Numbered from the stretch's first letter, positions 14,001-28,109 are shown. The stretch is 64,000 nt of DNA from Tubiluchus corallicola (GCA_030141605.1 JAQGDQ010000048.1:124001-188000), one strand, 5' to 3'. Notes: a model not told the origin generated them from the letters alone. Translations and numbers: made by a program.

Positions 14001-15353
14001 TCGTGTTTCGTGACATAAACACTCATGTGATTATTATCATTTGTATTTTTATTTACTATTAATTCATTTTGACAAAACAGTCTTTCATTGCAATTCAGTC
14101 ACACCTTAAATAAAAGCAGTTTTAATCTACGGCAAAACATAAATCCATTAATAGCCTAGGAATTATCAGTAGTTGGTGTAGCCTGTAACTATAGGAACTA
14201 TTAGCACTCACATTATAAAGGCAAGTAAATGAAATGTAGCAAGGTGCAAACTAGGCAAACTTTCAAAACTACATTTGTGAAACTTTTATTTTGAAACTGA
14301 TCTCATTTGTGTGGTGACTTATTTGATTTAATATCAATCAGTAGGTATGGTTATCGCTGTAAGCCCACCTCATTGCCAAAAAGTTGTGTACAGTACCTTT
14401 TCACTTGCTGGATTCCTTGTACTTATTTCCTAGGTCTAAATCTGCAGTATGTCTCCCCATTTCTGGTCAACTGATGAGTGAAATTTTGTGGTTGTGCATC
14501 TAAATGTACAGGGAAAATTTGTTTATTTGTATAAAAATGCTACCAATATTCATGATGTCAGATTTAAAGCTTACATTTTTTGTTCTTGTGTTAATTGACA
14601 GTAGATTAAATTTGCAACAAGTTGACACATATCTGTAATATTGGTTGCTTTACAAAACAAAAATTGGTGTTTTTGATTTATTTATATGTTACCCTGTTCA
14701 ACTATTATCCTATAATAAATTGAATTTTATAAATATTTTTGTACTGTTCATTCTCCTTTAACAGCTGCATACAGTATACTAACAGCATATGAAATAATCA
14801 GCACCACCCTTTTTAGAGAAATAAATCATTTTATTAGGTTATGGTAATGACTGGGAACAGTAGCTAATTAATAATAGTAACAATTATAACAACAATTTAC
14901 GAGACCAAATTCTGCCTATTATAAATTCTCTATCTTAATACTTATAACAACTTCTGAATCCTAATGCTTTTAGCAATAGCTTACTCTTAAATCACTTTAA
15001 TTGATTTGCATCAGTTTTGCCACTAAGCAGTGTTTGGATGGTCCTTTCAGAAAGCAAGGTATGGCTCAGTTAACTCAAAAATAGGAATAAGGCAGCAAAA
15101 TGACTCATTTGCAACACTAAAATGCGGTTTCTTTTCCATCTAGATTATAATGAATATAATAGCTGTACTGAACAATTCTCATATTATAATTGTAATTATG
15201 TTTCACAAATTGTATGTGTAGTTATATTCCAAGACTACACATGCACAATAACATACTCGAGGACGCAAGTAAGTACTGTACACCAACCAGCTGTGTACTA
15301 CTATCTTCTCTGCACCAACTTTGACCATTCAAAAATTCCTTTGAGTCACTTAT

Positions 15354-18300
15354 TTAAGAATTCTTTTCTGGAATCTTCATCGTGACCTATGTTCAGAAAA
15401 ATACAAATTATGATTATAGCAGAAAATAGTGCCTAAAATATGAAATCAATTTGATTAACTTGCTATGGCGGGTGGTTTTTGTTTGTAGCCTGTACGTTTC
15501 GTTGTGATTTTCCCATGTATGCATTTCCAAGACCACATGAGCATGTTGGTTCATGTGTTTGCACAATATGTGTGTGTGTGCACATTTTTGTTTGTTTGTT
15601 ATCATGCTTGCTTGTTTATTTGTTTTTATCTAATTAATATATTTCAATAATTACAAAACGCTATAACTTTCACTGCCTGCAATGTTATTAGTAAGCTTAA
15701 CAATTAGCAGCTATCAGATCAGCGAAGTAAACAAATGAACAAGAGAGCCAACTTGGTCAACTCTTTTTTTAATTTTCATAGATTTATTGTAATTCTGTTC
15801 AATTTTATTTGTGCAGATAGCTAAAACAGCCATCATGACGTGCAATGCATACCTCTGCTAGCAGGCACGGTCTGGTTTTGTTATATTTTCCACTTTCAAT
15901 TCTGGTTAGCACCCTCTAGTTTTTTTTTGTTACTCTTACCGTTTTAACTTCAGTGTAGAGTTTCAAACCATATTCCCCGAGCTCGCGTCCCATCCCAGAC
16001 ATCTTATACCCACCAAATGGTGCGGCTGCGTCAAATACATCATAACAGTTCACCCTACATTAATACAAAAACCTTGATGTTTAATATTCAGAATATAATT
16101 ATGGTGTTTCTGTTCATTCAGAAATACACCAAGAAAAATATGTTGTATCATACATAAATATGTTATGTATGTTAGATGCTTTATCAAAACATAATACAGT
16201 GGGTTTGCATCTGTAGTGCAAGTTCTAGTAGTTCAAAATGTAAATAACAACATACATTTGCAAGAGGGGTAGAACATTCTGTGCCATTCTTAAGACCCAG
16301 GTACCCTTGTTATTAGTAGTATGGTCTGTGTGTTTCTGTACCATTCTCCAATCTAAACTCATTTTCTGCTTAATTACTATTGTTAGTGGTTCGTTAAACA
16401 AATGTCTCTAAGAAATTCATCAAAATTGCGAAAACTAGGCTATGTTAAAAAGAAATGTAACAGGACAAAGAAATAAATGTGGTCATGATTTTTGTGTTTC
16501 CTCTTTGCTCTCTAATCGCTGCTGTTGTTCAGTTTTCTTTTATTAGTCAGGTCATTGTTTAAATGGTTAGTACAATATAACAGAAAGGATTTTTGCATAA
16601 ATTAGTTTAAAATTTTGAATTTAAAAATTTATACAAACGTATAATCACATAATTTCAATAATGTAATCTAATTTAATACAGTGTTTAGACTTGTACGAAA
16701 TGTACAAAACGAAATTACCTTCCTAAATTTAAGACTGTTACAGTAGTTCTACTGATAAAATTAATAATCTTCTGTGTGATTCAAAGTTTTCTGTGTCCTA
16801 AAAGAGAACCAGTGCACTGAATGCAAAGTTTTGCCCAATGTCTATACGTACAAACTACTTATTGAACTGCATGCCGAAAAAAAGACTTCTGCTTCTTGAA
16901 GCCAATTCCTTTTCAGTTAAACCATTGCAGCCAGACAAAAAGCAGAGAGGAAGATAGATTTATCATATAAGACAAGAGAAACAGTAAACTATAGGATATG
17001 GGAACAATTGCTAAAAAAACAACGAAAATGTGGAAACAAAGCTAAACAAGAGAAAATGGCTATTGAAGTAACAGTGATAAAGTTTTATAGGTAAAGATTT
17101 TCATAGTGCACGATGCTCACCACACAGTTCCTGCTCTTACTGATGAGGCCACCATCATTGCTTTCTCAATGTCCTTGGTAAAGACCGAAGCTGCAAGTCC
17201 ATACATGCTGTCATTTGCTCTCTGGTACAACTCGTCCAGTGAGTCAAATTTCATGATCTGCATGACTGGCCCAAATATCTGCAAATCCCAATCTGCTGCT
17301 TTAAAGGTTAGCATTATGCAATCCAGGATACCACGTAACAGATATTTCAGTCTGAGAACCTTGCTAAATATCAAGGATAATCAAAGAAGATGAGATACTG
17401 AACCATCAGGGGTATCATAGCCCAGAATTATTTTTCCTGCTAGTCACTTATCCATTTATGTGCCAGGCTCAGCATTGCTCAAATTTGTTTGTTGAAAAAC
17501 GCCATGACTACCTAGGCATTCTCCTCACCTTGCTACCAAAAATTCAAAAAGTGAAAGCTAAAGAAGACGTGCGCAGGATCATCATTAACATTGGCACTAA
17601 GGAAGACTGTCAGGAATATCTTTACTTATAACTCTAAATTAATTCTTGTCAAACCTCTTCCCTTGCTATCCTCATGTCATCTTTCACATCAGCAAACACT
17701 GTTGGTTGTATGAAGTAGCCCTTGTCGCCAAGACGACTGCCTCCTACAAGCATTTTAGCTCCTTCCTTCTTTCCACTATCAATCAAATCTAAAATCTTTC
17801 CCATTTGTTCCTCATCAATCTAAGAAAGATACAAAAGGAATCTATTTCTTAATAATTATACAAAACAGTGCAGTGCCTGCTCATATAATATATGCCTACT
17901 CATTGTAAACCACATTTAAATTTTGAACCAAATGTAAAAATTATCGAAGCACTGGGACTGATTATGAACCCGGAACCCTTCAGTTACAAAATGTTGGGGA
18001 GGCTATTAGAAATGAATTAAAAAGATCACAAGAACTATATGGTCTAGCGATTCGGTTTGTTCAGCTATATATTTATCTTGGAAGGTTGTCAGTTAAAATC
18101 TATTCAGATCTGATTTTGTAACTGTTCCTTCTTTCAGCCATGCTTTGTTTCAAAATTCAATTCTGAGCTTATTCAATTAATAAGTTTCTTAAAAATAAAA
18201 ATATTACATCACATGTAATTAAATAACCATCCACAGATCATTCTTGGCTTAAAAATGACCAGAAAAATCGATCCAATTATCAAATCATTTATAATTAATA

Positions 18301-21300
18301 CATGTAGTGTGAGACTTGTATGACTTGATATAATGGTCTCTGTTGTTTTAACCCTGAATGGCACCAAAAGTAAATCTGCTAACTGTAACTAGCATCTACT
18401 AACCTGCGGGCCCTGCTCATTTGCTGCATCAAAGGGGTTTCCTGTCGTACGTTTCTTTGCTCGTTCCACACTTCTCTCAACAAACTCATCATAAGCTTTA
18501 CTTTCAACATATATTCTTGAACCAGCACAGCAGCACTGTCCCTGATTGAAAAACAGGCCAAAATGACTGGTTTCCACAGCGTGGTTCACTAGAAGTAAAA
18601 CATCAAAAAGAAATACAATAGAACTGCCACAGTTGCAAACAAGCACTAATAACATAGTAGCTTTGGCTGTTTACCTGCCATGCATATCAGTCCTGTTTTA
18701 TCCAGTCCATTCTCTCTTTTACTCTACTTGCCATTCTTGAAACTATCCTTTATAATACTGCTTTTTTCCATTCAGTGTTGTGTTTTGTTTGACATGTGTT
18801 AGTCTGCCTAATTGAACTACAATTCCCTTTCATGCCTTGTCTTGTCTTAACCTGCTTTTGCCCTATTCTTCATTCTTCTGCCTTGTTCTCATATTGTTTA
18901 CCATGTTGCCCTATCTTGCCTCGCTAGCCCATCTGTATCACCTCACAAGTAATCATCCAAGTAATTAATTGTTGTACTGAAATCGCTAAAGCACACATAT
19001 TTTTATTTATCAGTCTCGTTTCTAATTTATTTTGATTACTTAAAAGAATTTCTTCACATTCTTCAAGATACTAGAGTAAGTGTCTGCAAACAAACTCACT
19101 GTCTGCATCAGCGAAAACAACATTGGGACTCTTTCCTCCCAATTCTAAAGTGACACGCTTCAAGTTGCTCTGCCCTGCTGCAGTCTGGATCAAATGCCCT
19201 ACCTGAGACAAAGTAAAAATTATTTTAAACAATGAAACTAAGTGTCTCAAATTGCAGTATGCAAAACCTGCATTCGATAATACACGTACAGTTAAGATTC
19301 CATATTTCTGTGATGAACACAGTAAAATCCTTTAAGGTCTTAAACATCATTATTAGCATTCACTTTTTAAATATAATTCCGGCACTTATCTATGGATGAT
19401 TAAAATGCTTTCTTTTAAGCAGTGGGTGTGAAAAAGGAATGCTAAAAAAATTGGCAAATTATCATAAGAATTTCAGAAACAGATGGCTATCTCTTGTCTG
19501 AGTATAAAACATGGTTCTCTGAAGAACACTGCAATGATTGTCTTTTAGTAGTTGTGCTTGATTCAGCAACTAGTAATATAATATAAGAAATAAGAATTAT
19601 ACCTCAGTGGAGCCAGTAAAAGCAACTTTGTCGATTGCCATATGACCTGCAACAGCTGCACCTGCAGTGGGTCCATAGCCAGGAATTATATTTATTACTC
19701 CTGGTGGAAAGCCAGCCTGACAATAACATGCAATATAGTGAAAATATTATAGTTTACTGACGAACAATACAGTACAATATACAACACGTATATATTAAAA
19801 CACACATTCCCCAAAACATCCAATAGCAGTACAACTAGCAATCAAGAAACAAAAATAATTAGTTCTAAGATAAATATCTTCAAAAACAAGAAATGTGTGC
19901 TCAAAAAAGCAATTAATTAACTCAGTATTAATCACGAATACAGCCTAACTTTATACAGCAGCAAGTTTAGTTAGCTCGGAATCTGGTCAATCTATTTCTA
20001 CTGGAACAAAGGCTAAATTCCAGTACTACGTCATCCCTACCTTCAGGAGGTAGGAAGCTGAGACACAAAGGTACCTACCTCCGCTGCAAGTTGAGCTACA
20101 TAAAGAGCAGTGAGTGGAGTCTGTTCTGCTGGCTTCATAACTACAGTATTGCCTGCTGCCAGTGCTGGTCCCAATTTCCATGCCTGCATGAGAAGTGGGA
20201 AGTTCCATGGTATGATCTGACCACATACGCCTACTGGTTCGTGCCTTGTGAAACAGAAGTGGTCTCCTTCTACAAAACAAACCTATATTCAGTATTCAGC
20301 GTTGTTTCAAAACTTATTCCAGCAAATATTGTTGGAGGATGAGCGACTGGTCATGTAGTAACGTCGTATTGTGAAGAGCTAGTCGACAATGAGGCAGAAC
20401 AGTCGAGTAAAAGCAGGGAAATGTCAGAACACAATACTGAAGTTTACTATGCTGGGATACATCCTAGGAGGAAAAATGAAATGAAATAGTATGAAGCATA
20501 AAAAGTTAGAACGCCTATGATGCTAGATGCAAGAGGGAATTGGAAGTTTTAGTTTAGCTATTATTTGACTGCGTGTAGGGTTTAATTGCGTTGATGCGGT
20601 AGTTACTAAAAATGATACAATGAAGGATACATGGACATGATGCAAACTAGGATGGCACACAAAACATCTGGATATGTTTTGGTAAATAATTGCAATGATA
20701 AAAACAACAAAGAAAAATACGATGTGGTGGAAGTACTAAAAGATCAAACACAAAAAATTTAAATCTAAGAATGAGGAAAGATGCTGATGCATGGGCACAC
20801 AAGTGCAAATGCGACATTATACCTATTGGTATAACTTGTCCATGGTTTTTATCTGCCCAGCCAGCGTAGTACCTGTAATAGAATAAAAATCTGAGTTGAT
20901 GATAAAATTCCAAAGTGTCCCACTAAAATGTGCATGTGAAATTTGCAAAACAGATTTTTCAGTCTGTAAAGAAACACTAATTTGAAAAGAAATGTTAATT
21001 CCAGCTAGCCTTAACGGTCACAATTAATATGAAGATCTTAATGTAGTGCTGTTATCAACAATTCGGATGTATTTTCAATTCGAAAAACAGGACTGATATA
21101 ATGATACTGGGGCCTGTCACTTACCTATAAAGAAGTCTGAAAATGTCATGGTCAAAATTATTTGAGGAAAACTTATTTATAAAAGCCTACACAGAATAAA
21201 TAATACAACCTGTTAAAATTTCGTTACACAAAATTTAGCTTACGTTGTAGATATGTAATGTAATATTTCACTAAATTTTAGCCCGCAACGCCATACAATG

Positions 21301-24300
21301 TAGACAAGAATTGTTGACATCTAAAGTTCTAATTTTTCCTAGTTACCAGTCACTCCATTTTAGATTCTACAATAACGATGTCAAAGCAGGTAAAACTGGT
21401 TTAGCACATGACAAACAATGAGACACGTCAAACAGCTTGATTTCAATGTCCACACAGGTTAGTGCTAATGCTCAAGGAAACATTACTGTATGTCGTAAAC
21501 CTATTATTATACTCAGTCTTTTACTTGACTATAGTCACTGCATAGTTGTTCAAACAACACGATTCATTTTAATCGCATTTCAGCGTAACTTCGTGACAAT
21601 TTTAATGGGAAAAACTAATAGCCTATTAGCTGAAAGGTAGCCCAAAAAGGCCTAAGTGTGGCGCATTGGTGATAAATGTTTATGAGTGGGCGTATAAAAA
21701 GGTAATTAGGGTAAGCCTAATTTGACGAATCATAATTAAATAATAATAGTTTTATTATTTAATGCGCAATAATGCCCACCTCAAGCATTTTATTGTCAGA
21801 GAAAGATCTGCTGCATATGCAATGTGATATGGTTTGCCATTATCCAAAGTCTCCAAACTCTAAAACAATTAAAAATATTTGTAAAGAAAGTTAAGCCACC
21901 TTGTCCATTCGTTTTTACTAATTTCAGTGAAAACTATGATATAGGTCAATCTATGAAATACTATGATTAAATACAGTCTTAACCTGTACACAATACTACA
22001 ATGATCTTATCAATGATCTTAGCAAAAAGTAAAGCATACCTGCCAAACATTCAGTCGACAGTAACATATTGAAGACAGAGAAGCAAAGATTACAAAACAG
22101 TGTGTGGCTAAGATCCGAGAAGTTAACCAATTTCGTCAAACGAAGTAAATATCACCTAGTTCGATGTAAAAAACGTATACAACTTTTCTGCACAGGCGTC
22201 AGTAGCATACATACCGCCAAATATACTCTGTCCCTTTCTATAAGATCAGCTAGTTTATTCAACAGCTGCCCTCTGCCGGAGGCATCCATGCGCCGCCATG
22301 GTGACCCCAACTTGAAAGCATTCGAAGCAGCAGTAACTGCCTTGTCAACATCGGCCTAAGTAAGATGGCAGAGTACAATTAATTATTATGCTAACAAATA
22401 ATCGTTTTACAGGCTATTAAAGGATTTCATAATTTCCACATACAATTTCATTGAAACCAATTTTAAGCTGTCTGCAGTTGAAAGTTATCTGTGCGACGTG
22501 CAAATAAGCAAGACGATCAGACAATCCTTACGCAATATTTTTCAGCAAGCAATGCAGATAGACGCGTTCGGGTGAGTAACCGTACTCAGTGTGAATATGA
22601 CTACATAAAACCACCTAACAAGCACATTATCAGAGCTAGGAAACAGCAAATAAAATTTCAGTGAACACACAATGGATGACTTTGCAGGGTAATCCAAAAG
22701 AAATAATGCATCTAAGCATAACAAAAATGAGCATACCAATATTACACCATAAAAAAGTCCAATAAGTGTGGCTACAACAAGTTATATGGTAGAAAATATT
22801 TTAATTTTAAGTCATTATGATGTCAGACTGCAGAAATCTAGGTTCATTTTAGAACGTTTTCTTCAACACATTTCAAACTATCAGCAATTCAGCATAGTTC
22901 TTTTGAAACACCCTGTGTCGGTTTCACAAAGTCAAGTGTGACATTATACAAACATTTTGCCGCACCATATACTACGTCCTACCTGCCTATCCAGGTGTCA
23001 AATTTAGCTTTGGTGGCATCTTGCAAAATTTTCGGAGAAAGGGCACAATGTTCTTTAGATAAAATATTTACAGGGTCAGTGTAAGACTAAGTCTGAAGGA
23101 TCAGTCTTCAGTGTTAAAGCCAAAATCAAGTATGCGATACTGTTACTACTACCCGCATATCAAATTTCAAGTTTGACTGGTTTCTCTTTGCTTTAGGGGT
23201 AAAATGCAAAACGTTTCGGTAGGCTAACTGATACGCAATGACTTAACTGTAAAACTGTGCAGATCTTGAAGCCAAGACCTAATATTTTTTAAGACAGAAA
23301 CTTAGTGGGGAATACCCTGCAGGCCTTCTCCAAAGTTACCAAAATCAGTCTGTATTTTTGTAATAGTGTTATAGTTGGTCATTTTCCACTTTCAGTGTTT
23401 TATTTTCAGGTATATCAGTAATTGTTAAAATTCTTATTGGCGTTGTTTAAGAATAAATTATAGTGAAACAAATCTCAAAACTATATTGCTAAGTAGCAAG
23501 AATGCGAATTAAATCTTTTAAGTAATGCATCAAGGTCTACAAAATACGTAGCCACTAAAGGGACATAATAGAAAAATTTTGTCATTCCTCCGAGTTATTA
23601 AGTCGTTCCCTCGAGTTATTAACTCGTTCCCCCGAGTTACTAAGTCGTACCCCCGAGTAACTAAGTCAACCCCCGAGTTACTAAGCAACTCTGGAGAACG
23701 ACTTAGCAACTCGGGGGAACGATTTAGCAACTCGGTGGATCGACTTAGCAACTGGGGGGAACGACTTAGCAACTCGGGGGATCGACTTAGCAACTCGGGG
23801 CAACGACTTAACAACTTGGGGGAATGACTTAAATTATTTTATTGTGTCCATTTAGGGCTCCGTAATAAAAACACTGCAAATACTTATTTGTTTTAACCAA
23901 ATAAGTTGTTATAGTCTATAAGATACTACCTTATAGTGCTCTTAAACGCCCTCAAATGCAGTAAAATGATCGGTGGATGATGCTAGCCTCCGGTTATACT
24001 TTCTTAAAAAGGCTTTCTTGAAGAACAAAGACAAAGTCAAGAGTATCACGGTGATCTTCCATTAGCAACTTACCGAATGATAGTTTTGTTGACTTGCTTT
24101 TCAATGATCCATTCGAGTGTGCGTTTGACTGTACACGCATGCATGCACGCACGCACGTCTTCACTTTTACGTCAGCAAAAGCTACTTTTATGTCACTTTT
24201 GGGCTAGGAACAAAAATCCATGTCTTTTATTTTCATAAATATGCACACTTAGTAGAATGCCTTACCTGATCGCCTTCTGCCACGTCACAGATTTTCTCCC

Positions 24301-26908
24301 CTGTAGTTGGATTGATAGTGGGAAAAGTTTTACCACTGGCGGAGTCCTGCCACTCGTTATTGATGAATATCTAGAAAGTAAAAAGCGAAAAGCAAAAAGT
24401 AAAAAGTAAAAAGTAACATTTACGTATATATAAAAAGACATTGAACGTGCAAATGCTGCTGGGTACCAAAATGTTTAAATTCTTCAAATAAAACTTTTTT
24501 ATTGTTGAAATTGACTATTACATGTGCTAATAAAGTAAAGTTCATTTGTGGGCCCGCTGGGCCGCAGTGGGCACAAAAACTTAGAAGCATTGGGTAAGTC
24601 GCCAGTAAGCCAGTGAATATTTTAATTTTTTTAATCTTTGCAGTTGAACTCAAGAGATACTGAGTGTGCATGCAAAAAGCCTCGAATTTATTGCCCATAT
24701 TTCTGTAGTAATATAGATAAAATTTGAAGGCTGCCATTTAATTCGCATTTTGTACGTATCATCCACAATAGGGTACTAATATAAAAATAATCAAAATCAC
24801 AAACTGTTTCGTTGGGCGGCCAAAAAAAATCGGGGTTCATTGACGTACGATGTAATGGCCGTCGATTAGCTATCAAGCATAACAAAAACAATGTGCCGAC
24901 GTTTGGTCACGATATTTATGAAAAGAAAATAACCGGAATCGCTTGAAAATTACCACACTGATATGTTACAAACGCTTGAGTATAATGCCAAACATTTTGG
25001 TTATTCCCTTAATTTTTACAAAAACGCAAAACTTTTAAAGCAACAAGTCAAAAGAATATATGGTGGGCAAAATTTTTCGTGTCAGTATTGTTAAAATTTG
25101 CAGTAAGTGAAGTGCTGTATATTGAAGTGCTGTATATACCATTTTCAAAGTAAACTAGATGAAGGCATTTCTTCCAACAGCTGACAAAGTTTCTCACTTC
25201 TTTAAGAGGTATTTGTTCCCAGCTATCGACAATTTTTGCCTTAGGTTCCTCTGCATTAAACTGCTCTGTGCGACCGTCCTTCGCGGGAATTCCAGGTACC
25301 GTAGTCCAAAGGATTAAGTCCCATTTTTATTGATAAATTTTTATCTGAGATTTATGTTTTGTGGTGAAGTTCACTATGTAACTGGTTGATTTCTTTATTG
25401 TCTCCCGCATGTATTAAGTGCTTTATACCTCAACGTGGCTGTTTCTCAACTGATGATTTATTTAACAACAGCCATACTGTCCCGACTGTTTACCTTACTG
25501 AGAGAAGATATACCCGACTAGACACCTCTGCCCGAATGACCGCATCTTAAAGGAATAGTGTTGGCAGTGAACTATAAATTCCGCACACGCACGCACGCAC
25601 GCACGCACACACACGCGCGCGCGTAGAATTGCCACTGCTGTATCCTGCGTTTGGCATGATTACCGAATTGTGGAGAAAATTTCACGCCATACACGTGTGA
25701 TTAAGGGTGGTTTACGCAGTACTTCAGAATTTTACAACATGTCGCGACTGTACATTTTATGTTGTATGCACATTACACCCGCAACACGACGAAGGGATAT
25801 TTATGCGGGAAACAAAATTGTACAAATAAATATGTTCAACTACGTTTACACACGTTTTATATGAAATTTACACACCCCATGTGTCACTAATAATATTATT
25901 AGTATCTACAAGATCTGTTTCATTTGATTGTACAACGCGCTAAGAGAATTGTATGTTCCAAAAGAGAATACTAAATTTCAATCACAATGTAGGTAATAAT
26001 TATGTACAACAGAGTTAATATATTACATATATGGATCTACTTTATTTAATTTCAAGACGCACTAACAGAATTGGATATTACAAAAGAGAATAATAAATTT
26101 GTTATCGTAGTGCAGGTTATTATAATGTTTACAACAAAGTCAACTAATATTACTCAGCTAATGTTAATTATTGTAATGTTAATCAATTAACATTAATGAT
26201 GGCCTTGCATTAATTTCTTTTTAGCGTTAACCACTTTCAAGAGTTTTTTCAATAAATAAATCACTTAATTCAGCATACTTTTACTGCTTGGAAAGTCTTA
26301 TTAAACATATGAACACAAAAATGTAAAAAACGTATTATGGAATGTTTTAGCTAACGCCCATCCTGCACCAACTAGACCTATAACAATAAAATGGCTATCA
26401 TTAGAAAAAACAAAGTTGTAAATCACCTGGTAAGAAAAAACTACATTAATTGTCGGGATATGAATTATCGTACTTTTTTCTTGTTAGATAATCACAACTT
26501 TGTTTTTCAAGTTAGATATTTTATTGTTGTAGGCCTAACTGGCTGAGGATGACCGTTTGGGCAACTTAAATATTCCAAAAGTAGCATGTTTTCATATGGC
26601 ATTCGTTGGCGTTCATACTTTATTTAATTATAAAAGTGGGTATATTAAATCAAAATTAAATAAAATAATGGTTCTAATTATTTAGATTTACTTACTCATT
26701 GAAAATAGATCAGTAGAGTAAATCTTCTGACTACAACGTAGAATTGCCTACATAACTAACTACATATCACACTACATACCTTGTTATAATGTGGTTGAAC
26801 ATTCGTTTGCGGTGCTGGTACACCCGGCGCTGCGGCGGTTGAATAGGCGGCTCTCGCAGCCCTTTTTAGGATCTGCTGTAGGCCTACTTTTGTCAAACTT
26901 TGAGCCAT
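15354..26908 (-). CDS. ALDH2: Mitochondrial aldehyde dehydrogenase (ALDH2-type, ALDH1/2 family), 13 exons, 522 aa
   Basis: Exons 26780-26908, 24266-24370, 22215-22355, 21780-21859, 20823-20872, 20079-20269, 19603-19716, 19100-19202, 18404-18588, 17655-17819, 17121-17278, 15940-16054, 15354-15386 (1569 nt). The N-terminus [27 protein letters not shown] looks like a mitochondrial presequence. Motifs: [38 protein letters not shown] (catalytic Glu), [10 protein letters not shown] (catalytic Cys), [17 protein letters not shown]-terminal [10 protein letters not shown]. Confidence 0.95.
23547..23862. mobile_element. Foldback MITE with internal 21-bp tandem repeats in inverted orientation and a TA target-site duplication (Tc1/mariner-like)
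   Basis: Left end CGTAGCCACTAAAGGGACATAATAG matches the reverse complement of the right end (CGGAGCCCTAAATGGACACAATAA). TA lies at 23545-46 and 23863-64. About 5 units of CGAGTTACTAAGTCGTTCCCC are followed by about 7 reverse-complement units. Confidence 0.8.
26339..26576. repeat. Degenerate long inverted repeat (old foldback/MITE) in ALDH intron 1
   Basis: 26359-26444 (catcctgcaccaactagacctataacaataaaat...gaaaaaacaaagttgtaaatcacctggtaagaaaaaactac) aligns with the reverse complement of 26470-26551. Confidence 0.65.
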
Positions 26909-28109
26909 TACTAATATCGAAAAAACACACTAACAGATCTATCTACTATGGTAACGAACCAAAAGCAAGCGCTTCGCCGACCAAAAAGCTTGCTACTGCC
27001 AAATTCTGTAGGTAGTTTGCATACTTTCACTGGGCAGTATCACATGGAAGAAGCGAGGGGTGTATTCAGTGAGTATCGTCTGTAAACGTTGTCAGGTAAT
27101 TGGCCAAGTATACCTGGCTAAAATCAATTCAATATAGGTTCAGGATAATTATGTTGTTGCCAACTTGTTCTGTTTGTAGTGAACATATTTATTTTGTCTT
27201 TAATATAAGCTCACGGGTGCGCAGTTTGGATTCGGACCTTGCCCCCTATCAGTTACAAAAACAAACCTTCGTGAATCACATCGTTCTAGATATTTCGTAA
27301 AGAACGTGTACACGTTTTCTATGCAGAGTTTATGCAGTAGTTTATGCAGTAGTTAATGAATGGGCGGTTTATTTTTGCTGTAAATGAAACTCACATTTGG
27401 TTGTTTCTAGCCCGAGCTGTCTTCGCCTGCGGTTTTTTGAGATGCTTCTGTGCGCGTGTGAACTGAATACGCCGCGGTGTAGCAAGTTTTTGGAAGCATC
27501 TTCTCCTCCTCGTAAATCATCGAGAGCTAGCACATTTTGACATGAGGGTGAACCAGACTGGTAGGAAATCAAGGCAACACGAACATAGTCGTCACAGTCT
27601 ATATTTTTTCTGTAAAAAAGAGACGAGTTATTTGTCCACATCTGTTTCAGTTCAAACTATGTAGGTAATAACTGTTATTGTAAAATTTCCACACTTAAGA
27701 TAAAATGGAGGTTACCATGCAGTCATAAGACCAGCGCCGAAAGGCATTACCATTGTGATGAAAGCAGGTTTTAATATTACAAGAGCATTCATAGTAGAGT
27801 AATTACAAAATGATTACATTATTTTTATAAAATTAATTTAGAGCCTCAAATGCTCCATCCGTAATTAATTGTTACTTTATTTTGATGATTATCAATTAAT
27901 GATGAATAAACGCCCTATTATTAAACGTCGGAATAATTGAAAGTATTAGAAAATATATTCAAATCATTATTCAAGGAAGAATTGACTAAAATCAAAAAGG
28001 CAATGGCTTCGAAGAGTCTCATTGGAAGGATTAACAGTTTTGAATTGTTGAACCAGTTGAAATACCCATCAAATCACACCCCTACTGCTATATACGTTCG
28101 TGCGAATGT

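Noticed and set aside
17440-17490. 5S rRNA-like reverse-strand segment
   Set aside because: Too short and too diverged; at most a SINE relic.
23530-23827. CRISPR-like or heptad-repeat-protein appearance
   Set aside because: The units are contiguous 21-mers with no unique spacers and no cas genes; they sit inside an intronic MITE.
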